From: an uncultured Planctomycetota bacterium
GTDB lineage: Bacteria; Planctomycetota; Planctomycetia; Isosphaerales; Isosphaeraceae
Direction of reading: 5' to 3'
DNA: 64,000 nucleotides
NCBI GenBank assembly: GCA_963823665.1
Contig: CAWGMQ010000006.1
Location: forward strand, 480,001-544,000
A model generated the notes under the pieces. The model was not told the DNA's origin and did not search any database. It was given only the letters and a program-made list of their open reading frames with translations. Shown piece by piece: positions 1 through 12,000 of this stretch. Made by a program: the position numbers and the translations under genes. The first letter of the stretch is position 1. Each line of letters begins with the position of its first letter.

Positions 1-3000
1 ACGCTCACGATCAGGGGCGTGGAAGGTGACCCCAGGGTCCCGGTGCCCGCTTTCAGCACGGTGTTGCCGGGCGTCGTGATCTGAGTGCCCGTGCCGCTGC
101 CGAGGATGCTGCCCTGGGCGGTGATGTTCACCGCGCCCCCGGCGGTCACCGTGTTCAGGGTCAGGTCTGGGGTCGTACCCTGAACGGTGATCGACCCCGT
201 GGCGGTCGCGTTCAAGTCGCCGGTGGACGAGATAAAGACCTGCGAGTCCGGCGAGACCTCGACGTCGCCCCCGGACGTGACGACCACATCGCCCGGCGCC
301 GTCGCGTTCGCGATCGCACTTTCCTGGTTCGTCGTGAGGGTCCAGGACTGAACGTCCGCCATCGAGATGTCCACCGCCGCGCTGGTCTGGCCGATGCTTC
401 CGCCCGTCACCAGCGTCACGTTCGCCCCGGAGATGTTCGGCGTCCAGATCCCGACCGGGGTGCCATCCGCGGGGTCCACCGCCACCTCGGCGACCGGGTT
501 CATCAGCTCGGCGTTGGTCCAGGTCGCGTTGCTTTCGAGGTTGGACACCTGCTGTGATGTCGCGACGTAGCTGAAAGTTAGGTCGTCCGCCTGAAATTCG
601 GGCTCGGACATCCAGTTCGAGTCGAGGTTCTGGTTGAAGAAGCTGACGTAGTCCTGGTACTGCGAGTTGGCGTACCCTTGCACCTGTGCTGTCGTGGGGT
701 TGGTGATGTCCAGCGCGAGGGCCGCCTGCCCACTGTAGAGCGCCACGGCCGGGGCGTTCAGGGTGAAGACACCGTCCAGGACGGTGCCGTTGTCGAGCAA
801 TTGCCAGTACGCCACGTAATCGGCGTTGACCTCGTTCTGGAAGGCGGTGATCGCCTGCTGCTCGCTGGCGGCCGGGGCCGTCAGGCCCAGGCTCGTCCAG
901 ACTTGCTGGCTCTGGGGGCTGTCGACTTGATCGGTCCAGGTCGTGCCGCTGGCGTTCACGATCGACCCGGAGGGCACGTCGATGGTGACGTCGCCGGTCG
1001 TCGAGACGATCTGGCCGACCTGAAGGCTCGTGCCGGCCTGGGTCAGGTCGATGTCCTGGAGCGCGGCGACATTGACGACGCCTTGCGCCTGGATCACGAG
1101 CGGCGCGGCCGCCGTGCCGACCGCGCCCTCCGTGGAAGTGAGCGCGATGTTGTTCCCGGTGACGTTGACGGTCCCGCTCGGCAAACCGGGCGCCACGGTG
1201 AGACTACCGGTCGCGCTCAGGACGACGTCGCCGTAACCCGTCGAGCGGTTGCCGGCACTTACTTCGCCGAGCAGTGCCCCGGAGCCCAGGTTGACGTACA
1301 CGCCCTCGCTGCCGGCCTGGGCGTTCAGCACCCCGTTCGCCGTCAGGTTGGCGTCGATCGGCTCCGTCGCGGTGCCGACGCCGCCGCCGGTCGCGGTGAG
1401 CGTGAGGTTGTTGGTTGTGATGGTGGCGGACGGTTCCTGGGTGATGCTGGGGGCGGTGATCGTCGTGTCGCCCAAGGGATTGGCGATGTTCCCCGCCAGG
1501 ATCACCGGCGTGTCCGAGGTGATGCTGACCGTGGCCTGGGACGAGCCGGAGAAATCGATGCCGATGGGGTTGTCCGCCTTGACCGACTCGGTCAGGGTGA
1601 GCTCCGCCTCCGTGGCGAAATAGTATGCCCAGGGGTCCTCCACGAGATCGTTGTCGGATGAATCGTCCACTGGCGGGTCGGTCGGAGCGAAGCCGTAATC
1701 CCCATTGTGGTAGATGTAGTCTGCCATGTACCAATTCAGCACGTTGCCGCTGATTGTTTCCTCGAATGCGGGGAGCCCGGCATCGACGACCGTCCAGCCG
1801 GCGGGTTGGCTGCTCGCGTCGGATATGTCACCGTTCGGCGAAGTCAGGTAATACCACGGGTCGTTCTCGGGGTTTCCTGACACCGCCGTATAAGCCCACG
1901 GACTCGCCGAGAAGGGCGCCTCGCCGGTTCCGCTGTTCTGCGTGATCGTCCGGGTGAGGTCCGTCTGCAACTGCCACTCCCAGCGCAGTCCCGCTTCGGG
2001 GGAGTAGGACGTCGAGCTCCCCTGGATCACGGCCACGGGCGAGCCCTGTTCCAACTGCTGCTGGGTCTGGCCGGCCGTGCCCTGGTACTCGTCGATGACG
2101 CTGCCCGGCTGGTAGACGAACAACGTCTGTTCGGTGGCCGCGGGCTGGTTCGTATCGATGATATCGACCCCACTCAGCGAGGTCGAAGTCGTCGATTTGC
2201 TGGCGGACACGTCGTTCACCACGATGGGGTAATTCGTCGTGTTGTCGATCGTCACCTGGCCCAAGTCGGAGTTGACGTTGAGCTCCCCGAACGTGTTCGT
2301 GCTCATGATCGCGCCGTCGAGCGAGATGAAGCCGCCGGATGAGGCGCTCACGTCGTTCACGATAATCTGCCCGGTGATCGCGTCGTACTCGGCGGTGATC
2401 TGCGTGTCGCCCGGCGAAACCGTGGACGCGGGCAGGGTGTAGTATCCCCGGGCGTCACCCGGCGTTGTCGAGTAGGTTCCGTTGTTGTAGTCCAACTGGT
2501 CCTGGGCGATGGTGCTGTTGAGCGAGGCCGGCAGGCTGAGCGAATCGTTGCTGGGCTGCCCGACATTGATCGGCTCGTTGACGTCGACGTACAAGGCGTT
2601 GATGAAGACCGCGGCGGCGTCGATCGCGCTGGCGCTACCCAGTGTGAGGCCCTCCGTTCCGGTGACAGTCGCCGGCGCCGAAAGCGTGACGTTGGAGAGG
2701 GTGATGGGCTCGTCAGCGTTTCCCGGAGCGTCGCTCGCAACGGGCGCCGAGATTTGAACGTCATAAATATTGCCGTCCTGGAAGGCGATTGACTGGACCG
2801 TCGTCCCTGTCGAGATAAAGTCACCGGTGACGGTAGAACCGATGACCGGCGCTGGCCCGTTGGAGATCACCAGGACCACAGCCGCTCCTGGATCCAGTTC
2901 GAGCGTAAAGGTGGCGTTGCTTACCGCGATCGTCGTCCCCGGCGCGATGCCGGTGCCGGTGATTTCCTCTCCGGTGAACATACCCGTCACACCGTCAGGC

Positions 3001-6000
3001 ACCGTGACCGAAGTCGATCCGCTGGTCAGCGAGCCGGTGAAGGTTGGTTGGTAGGCCGCAGTCGTGACGGGCAGCGGCTCAACGGGGACCACGGGGACCT
3101 CGCCCCTGCCGGAAATGTCGCCGAACTGGTAGGCGCCATCGACCGGACTGTCCTGCGCCGCTTCCTGCGGGGTGATCACGGTGCTATCCCCCGTGTTGGC
3201 ACCCAGGAATTCTACACTGGTGCCGGCTTGGGGCGCCCCATTCACGATGTCCGGCGCGGCGGGTTCGTCATTATAAAGGCCTTCGCCCGGGTCGTATGCA
3301 AAGCTCAAGGGCGGCGTCTGGCCGACCGTGCCGATCAAGTCCTCGGTGAAGCCATCGTCACCGGTGCCGCTCCCTCGGGCGGATATGCTGAAAGGGCCGC
3401 TCCCGATATCCGAGGGGTCGCTGCCATACTGGCCGTCCGCATTGAACATGGAGTTTGCCACAAAGGCCACGTAGACGCTCGCCAGGTCCGAGGGCATGAC
3501 GGCGTCGGTGTAGGGGTCGTAAAAGTCCGGCCAGTACATGGCGGTGTCCCAGTCCGTAGCCGGCGTCCCGGCGTTGCCCGAAAGCCCGGTCGGGTTGCTG
3601 ATCGCGGTGACGCCCTTCTCGGTGGTGAAGTTCACCTGACTGGCGCTGACGCCGCCCGCCTGGATCAATGACCCGTCCAGGACGGTGATCGCCACCTGAC
3701 CCCCCTCGTTGTCTACGCTGCCGCTGGGGTCGAGCGTGACATTGCCCAGGTTGTCCATCGTGGCGGTCGCGAACACGGACGGCCCTGGCTCAGTCGAGTC
3801 CGAAGAAGCAGGAACCGGATTGCCGTACAGTTCCTGGATGTTCACGACGGGGTGCGCGTTCGAGCCCGACTGAGTGATTTGCATCGATGACGGAGCGCCC
3901 ACCGCCAGTCCGGTGTAGACGACCTGGCCGCCGGGCTCGTCCGGGATGTTGATCGAGTCGAGGACGAGGTAATCGGGGCTGTTGTTGGTGACGGTGATCG
4001 TGGGCCCTCCGTAGGCGGTGATGGAACCATCGCCCTGGAACGCGCCGGCGCTCACTGTCACGTCGCCGCCCGCGGCGAACAGCGTGCCGAGCACCATGGC
4101 CCCGACCGGCCCGTCGTGAACCGCGTCCTCGTCCGCCATGGCCTCGCCCGAGTCGGGAAACTCTCCATCGGCCGCGGCGGCCACGATGGTGTTGTAGGGG
4201 TTGAAGCTCGGATCGAAACTGGCCGTGAAGGCGGCGGTGTCAGCGGGGCTCACGAGGTTCGCCGCGGGCGCGGTGCTGACCGAGGTGAGCGTACTGCCGT
4301 TCACGGTGACATCGTTGCTGTAAAAGCCGCCCGGTGCGCTCTGATTATCGGGTATCGTGATGTTGAGCGTGTGGAGGTAGCCGGCCGTGATGGACCCGTC
4401 CATCGTCACGCTCGAGCCCGTCGAGACACTGGGCTTGCTGCTGCCGTCCGTTACCGGGATGAAGCCCAGTTCGTAACCGTGGCCAATCCCGATCGCCGTC
4501 GCGCTGGGCGTGCCGTGGTCCGCCGCGAGCGTGGTGTTCTCTCCGCTCTCGATCTGGTCGCCCGCACCGACGGTCAGCGTCGCATTGCTGGTCAGGTCCG
4601 TGGTCGCCGAGGCCGCTGGGATGGCGACAAAGCTGCGGGCGTACGACTGAGCATTGGAGTTGCCCACCATGGGCTCGGCGGCCAGATCGCCGGGTGTGGG
4701 GTCGTCGCCGGCGGTGAGGTTGATGTTCTGTGCGGCCGTCAGGTTCGTGTCGGGGCCCAGCGCAACGGTCTGGTTCGACGTCACGCCGGTGAGAGCCGAG
4801 GAAGAGGCCACCGCACCGAGCACGCCCCAGGTGTGGGCCTCGCTGGTGCTCGCGGCGTCTACGCTCGAAAACGTGCCGATCCCGATGTTCTGATTGGTCG
4901 CGAAGACGTCGGGGCCCGAGGTCGTCGAGTCGGTCGTCACGTTGTTGTTCAGCGTGGCCGTGAGGGACGAATCGGTCCCGGCCCCCTCGAGCACGCCGCC
5001 CGACCCCAGCGAGACCTGGTCATTCGTGTTGAGCACACTCGAAGCGGTCAGTAAGATGCCGGGTGTGCCGGTGCTTTCGGCGCTGGCGGTCGGCACGTCG
5101 ATCGTGACCGAGCTTTCGATCGTGACGTCGGAGTTGCCGGTGATCGTCGTGGTGCTCAGGGCGGCCGTGCCGTTCAAGAAGCCCCCCGCCCCGGCGGAAA
5201 CCGTGTTCCCACTCGTCGGCAGGTTCTCCGTGAAAGTGTTCTGCGCCGTGATGTCCACCGCGGAAGCGGCGACGATGAGGGTGTTGTTCCCGACCGTCGT
5301 GTCGGCCGCGGTGTTATCGGTGTTATTCGCGAGGGCGCCGCTGGCTCCCGCCAGGGCGGCGTTGGTGGAATCCACCTGAGGCGTGAACACGCTGTTGTTG
5401 ACGGCGCTCGCGTCGACAGTGCCGGCCATAAGGTCCCCGGCGATGGTCGCCGAGACCGTCGAGTCATCGGACGTCTGGCCGACCGCGGCGTCGCCCGCGA
5501 TCACTCCGCCGCTGCCCGCCGTAGTCGAGGCGTCGTTCTCGTCCGTCCCGTTCGCCGAGACGTCGAGCGTGCCCGCGACCATCACGGTCGCGCCGGCCCC
5601 AAGTTGGGCCGAGGTGTTGACGTCGGAGCTGGACACGGCCACGTCGGCGCCGATGCCGAGCAAGCCCCCCACCGCCACGCCGGTGGCGCTCGAGGACTGG
5701 AGGCTCTGGTTGTTCGCCTGGATGGAGACGCCGCCGCCCATCAGGACGACCGAGCTGCCCGTGCAAGCCTCGACCGTGCCGTTGCCCGTCGCCTGGCTCA
5801 CGGTGGCGTCGACGCCCGCGAGAATGCCGCCGGCGCCTGCGGTCGCCGTCGACTTGGCGGTCGGGTCGTTGTTCGAGTCCGGGGACCGCTCGGCGGAAAC
5901 CTGGATCGAGGAGGCCGAGATCGTGTCCCCGTTGCCGAGCGTGCTCGACGTTGTGCCGGACGAGCTCGCGTCGCTGATGACCACACCCACGGCCAAGCCC

Positions 6001-9000
6001 CCCGAGACCGCGACCCCCAAGGCCGTGGCGCTTGCGCTCGGTGTATCCTGGGCCGTAACCTGGACGGCTTCCGTCGCCAGGATCGAGGTGCCAGCGCCGA
6101 CGGCTGCCGTCACACTCGGCGCGACTACGGCATCGGCGTAGACGCCCGTCGCGCCACGTCGATCCCGGCCGCGACACCGTAGGCTTCCGCCGTCGCCGAA
6201 TCGGTTGCGGTGGCCCATACGTCCACGGTGCCGACGGGTGTGGTCTGGCCTATCTGAGCGTCCGAGCCGATCGTGGCCGACGGACCGCCGGTGGCGTTCG
6301 CAATCGCCACGCCCACGCCGGCCGCGTAGGCGAGCGAAAGATTTCCGCCCACGGCCTCTGCCGTCAGCGAGCGGTTCGACGAGGCCGTGACCTGCAACTG
6401 CTGGGCGCTGGCAATCGTCACCCCGTTGCCCAGGCTCGCGGTCTCGGTGCTCGAGTCCTGGATATCGACGACCTGGGCGCCCACGGCGGCGGCTTCTCCG
6501 GCCGTACCCGCGAAGGCCGTGCCCTTCGAGGTGTCGTTTGCAAGCACGGCATTGACCGTGACGTTACCGCCGGCACTTACTGTCGAGGCGGCGTCGATAT
6601 AGGCCTGGGTACTCCCTTGAATGTTGGCGATCTCGACCGACGCTCCCAAGCCGACGCTGCCCACCGACAGACCGCCGGTCACGGCGACGTAATTGACTTC
6701 GCTTTGTGCCTGCACGTTGACGTTGCCCCCCGCGGTTACAGTGGCGGGCGAGACGCCGGTCGAACTTGCGCCGCTCGGAATACCGATAAACGCCACCGTG
6801 CCCTGCGGCGGAGTTGTTGTGCTCGAGAGTGCGCTCGCAACCGGATCGGTGGTCACAGCGCCATTCAAGCCGCTCTGGGCCGAGCCCATCGTGGAGCTGA
6901 TGTATTGCGTGTTGCCGGCACCTCCGTTGAGATCCGGGTTGGTCATTTCGGAGAGCATCGACGTCGCGCCGCCGGTCTGGCCTTCCGCGTTCGAGCTGTC
7001 GGTGGTCACTCCACTGTTGTTGCCCAGGCTGGCCACGGTCTTGGTTTTTGCGGTCGTGCCGGTTCCGTCGGTGTACGCGTAGTCTGGGCTATACGCCTCG
7101 CCGATCGACCAGACCGACACCGCGCCGATCAAGGCGAGCGAAGCCCCCGCGGCGGCACCGATCACGTACGTTTTCACGGCGTCGTTCGATAACGCGTAGA
7201 CGTCGACGTCTTGTTGTGCGTTCACGTTCGCCCCCGCGGCGATGTAGGCGACCGTCGAGTTATTGAGCAGACCGACGTCGACACCACCGGCAATGCCGGC
7301 ACCGCCCAACGCCAGACCCCCCGCAAACGAGAAGTTGGTGGCCTGGTTGACCGCCGCAACGTCCACAGCCTGCGCCGCACTGACTCCCAGACTACCGCCG
7401 ATCGCGCTATCAACGCTTTGCACCGTTCCCGTATTGACGCTGGCATCCGTGCCGATATATGCCTGCGTGGTCGAATTGAACAGCTCGACTGTGACGCCGC
7501 CGCCCAGGGCATCGTCGCCTCCGGCCGCGCCGGCCGCGGCAACGTTCGTCACGTTCTCACTGGTAGAGGCCTGCACGGCCACGCCATGGAATGTGGCGAG
7601 GGTCTCGAAGCGCCTGAAGCGGTGTAGTTTCCATCGAAGATTCCCGAGATGCTCGGGGTGTCGCCCAGCGCGTTGACCGTAGCATTCTCGCCAATAAACG
7701 CACTCGTGTTCTTGATCAGATCGACAATGCTGACCGCGGCGCCGATCGCATCACCTATGCTCAAAGCCACGCTTCCGGTGATCATGTAGGTCACCGTGTC
7801 GTCGGTGGAGTCAACCAGCACGTTCCCGCCGGCGTTCACCTGCGCACCAGTCGCTTCTGACGTGGCGGTCGAGCCGATATTGGCCTGGGTCGTGTCGTTG
7901 ACCTGGACAAACGCGATCGAGCCGGCCAGGACGGTCTCGCCGATGGCAGCCCCGGCGGCGATCGTGAGGATGTCGCCGCTGGAATGAGCCAAGACTTCGA
8001 CGTTGCCCAGCGCGGCGACTGATGCGCCGTCGTCAATCGACGCCTCAGTCGTGTTGTTGATCACCAGCACGACGGCACCCGGCGTGAGGCCGGAAGCAGC
8101 GAACGCCGCTGCGAAGGCGACGCCCAGAAACGCTGCGTCGTTGCCGGCGGCGACCAGCACCGCCTGTGTGCTCGCTGCGCCCGCATTGCTCGAGTTGATC
8201 TTCGCACCCGAAGCGATGTAGGCGGTTGTGTCATTGGTCAATACCGCGACCGAGCCACTCACGTTGAGCGTCTCACCGCCCACTGCCGCGTCGACGCCGA
8301 CTCCCTGGATGTTGTCGCTATTCACGGCCGTGACGGCCAGGCCGTGAACCGACGTCGTCTCGGGCGTCGCAACTCGCTGGTCGATCAACCGCTCGCTGGT
8401 AAGGCTGTTGCCAGAGCCCGTCAGGTTCGCACTCACCGAGGGAGGGGCCGGCGCTGCTGCCGAACTGCCGTAGGGCACATAGGTGACGGAGAACTGGCCT
8501 GTGTCAGCAGAGATGGCCGTCCCGAGCCCCAGCGCGGTAACCGTCGCGCCTGACCCGACGTACGCCTCGGTCGTCTTGCTGACGACAGGCACGGTCACGC
8601 CGGCGCCTAAGGCCGCCAGGCCAACGGCCAGGCTCCCCGACAGCAAGTTAATCGTGTTCGCCTCCGACGCCGCGACCAGGATGCTGCCGTCCGCCGTGAC
8701 GGTGGCGCCGGCGCCGATATAGGCCTCGGTCGTAAGGTTCATCACGAAGACCCCGGCTGCCCCGGCAAGCGCCAGGCTGGCGAACCCCTCTTCGAGGTTC
8801 GGGTTGATGGCGACGACCGCCGTTCCATTGATCGAGGCGACATTCTCTGTCGATTTGGCCTGAACCAGCACAGTGCCGGCAGCAGTGACGGTGCCCGCGA
8901 TATAGGCCTGGGTGGTCTTGCTGATCGAGTCGACGTTGGCTGCGATGCCCACGCCGACATCAGTACCAACGGCCAGGGCGCCGGCCGTGCTGAAGAGAAC

Positions 9001-12000
9001 GAGCGGGTCGGCCGCCGTGACCGTCACCCCCGGTCCGCTGCCAGGCGTGCCGTCGCTCTCATCGAGGTTTGCCCCGCTTGCAACATCGGCCAGAGTCGTG
9101 TCGGAGATGACATTGACTGCTGCCGAGCCGGACACAGCAGCCGAAGTGTCCGAAGTGGCGACCGAGCCTCCGACAGCGACGGCCTGCACGTTCTGAAACG
9201 TCGCCGCGATGACCGCCACGCCAGTGACTGGCGTCGTGTCCCCGGGGTTGCTGTCGGTGTCGCCCGTGAGGACCCGAATCGTGCCCGTGGTCCCGTTGGC
9301 CGTGATCTGATCATTCGCCCCGATGTATGCATCCGTCTTGACGGTATCGACGACCGTCGAGACTGCGGCGCCCGCGGCAACCTCGCCGCTTAAGCTGAGC
9401 TGGCCCGCGACGGTGCTTATTGTCGCCTGGCGGCTCGCCTGAACCAGCAAGTCTCCCTGGGTGTCGACCGTCACGCCGGTCGCGATGTACGCGGTCGTCG
9501 TCGGCTCGTTCGCCGGCGGCGAGATCACCTCGATCGACGCGGCGCCGGCGATCGCCGCCGAAGCGCCGAGCGAGCCCGCCGCCGTGATCGACTGAAAATT
9601 CCCGTTTGTGCTGGCGGTGACCTCGACATTCTGGGCCGCGTCAACCGTCGCGTTCGAGTCAATGTAGGCCTGGTCGCTCTCGGTGACGATGTTGACGTCG
9701 AGCGCAGCGCCGACGCCGACGTCGTTGCCTCCGCCGATCGCGCCGGCCCAGTCCCGGATCGTCATCGACTCGGTCGCCGAGACGGTCACACCTTCGTCGG
9801 CATTGGCCGTTGGGTAACCGGCCGTGCCGACCAGCGTATTGATCGATGCTCCACTGCCGATATACGCAAGTGTTGTCTGTGTAATCACGTTGACGTCGAA
9901 CGAGCCGGCGATCCCGACGCCGCCCGATGTGCCCGCGCCCACGGCGAAGTCCGTCGGGTGGGGCGCGGACGCCGGAAGCGACGTGAGGGCCAGGGCCAGA
10001 GCGTCTAAGGGATTAGTGGGGATGGACTCGATGAGGGTCACCGGCTCCGTGGTCGACAATGTTTTCGTCGGGTTAAAAAGCTCGATTCGGCCGGCGGCCA
10101 GTCCTGCGGCTCCGTTGGCAATTGCGGGCAACGACAACGTCAGCACAGTGGCGTTCGCCGTGGTGCAAATGTGCGTGATCGTCGTATCAGGCAGGATGCC
10201 GGGGCCGCTGAGCGTGTCCCCAACCTTCGGCGTCTTTAACGGATCAAGAAACGTCGTGTCGTCTGATGCGACCACGTTCGACCCGAACGTCAGGACGCCG
10301 GTGAAAGGTATGCTATCGACTTCGGTGATCGCCGTCCCGGTTGGAATACCGGTGCCGGAGACGAGGTCTGACGTACCGACGGTGGCGGCCGGAGGAGGCG
10401 TCGTCGTGTTGATAACCGTGCTGTTGATGCCATTGACGTCATAGTACGTCACGCCGGCGACTTGCTCTGCGGTCAGTGAGGCGCCGGTGGCGGTGATCGT
10501 ATCGGCCGGCGAATTGGGTACGGGGTCCTGAGACGGGATGAGCGACGACTCGGCGGTGACCTGCGTCGTGTCGGCCACATTCGCATTGACGCCCGAATCG
10601 AGGAATGCGTTGGTCGTGTTGTTCAGGACGTTGACATTGACGGCTGCGCCTGCGCCTACTTCGCCGCCGGTGGCCACGGTGAAGGCGATGTTCTGAAGGG
10701 TCTCGTCGTTGGCGGCTTGGTCGCTCAAGCCGCCAAACGAGTTGACAATCGAGCCCGTGCCGATCGACGCCGTGGTCGTGAACGTGATGACGTTGATCCC
10801 GACCGAGCCCGCGACGCCAACCTGCGTTCCGATCGCGATACCCAGCCCCTGCGTCGAGAAATCATTCACCGCGCCGCTCACCATGAGCGCGGTGACGCTC
10901 ACGCCGTCCGCGGAGATCGTGTCCGAGGAACCGATCGTGGCCGTGTTGGTCACGTTCACGACGTTGAGCGAGACAGCGGCGCCGATCGAAGCCTGGTTCA
11001 CGGTCGCCCGCCCGTCGGCCAGGGCGAGGGCGCTCGTTTGGTTGGTGGTGCCGACCGCTAGCTCGCCGCCGGCCGTCACGCTGAGATTGTTACCGATCTC
11101 TGCGACCGCGCTGGTCGAGAGGTCGTTGACGGCTACGGCCGCCGCGATGCCCACTTTGGTCTGGCCGCTACTGCCGCCCGATTTGCTGGTGGCCGAGCTC
11201 GAGGGCGAGGTCATTTCGCTGTTGGAAGAAGGGGGAGCGGTCATATCCGAGCCGCCCTCTTTATCCGCGAATTCGGCCTGGTTATTAGACTCCTGGTCCG
11301 CAGTCCCGCCGCTGCCTGAGCTCGAGCCTTGGCCGGAGCTGGGGCTCGAGGCAGGAGCCCCGCTCTCGCTCGCGATAGCGGCGGCCTGGCTGGACGCGGT
11401 CACAGGGTCGGCCGTGACGCTGACGGCCCCGCCGGCAACGACGTTGCGGTCGAGCTCAGCCTGAAACGTGTCTGTCGCCACGTTGACGACCACCGATGCC
11501 CCGACCCCGACGCTCCCGGTCGGATCGGCCGCGGCGGCAGCCACCGAGTTCACCGTGAACGACCCGCTCGCTCCGATCGTGAGATCGCCCGAGGCATTGA
11601 GCGTCTCTGTGTCCGAGCTGACGGTGGCCATCGTCTGACCGCTGGCGATCACGATGGCGATGCCGCCGCCGAGCGCCACCTGGCCCGCCCCCCCGTTTTG
11701 GGCCCAGGTGAGGATCGTCTGGGACGAGCCGGCGGTGACCGTGACGTTACCGGCGTTCGTGAGCGCGGCTCCGTCCTGGACCTCGGAGTCGGTGGTGTTG
11801 TTGATGATGTTCAGGGCGAGCGACGCGCCGAGGCCGAGGCTGCCGCCCGTGGCGGGTGACCCGGGTATCGCGAACGTCAAATCGGTCGAGTTGTTCAGGG
11901 AGGTCACCGAGACATCGCCGCCGTTGGCGTCGACCGAGGCGCCGGGCGCGATCAGGGCCTGGCTGGTGTTCGTGACGATGTTGATCGCCACCGCTCCGGC

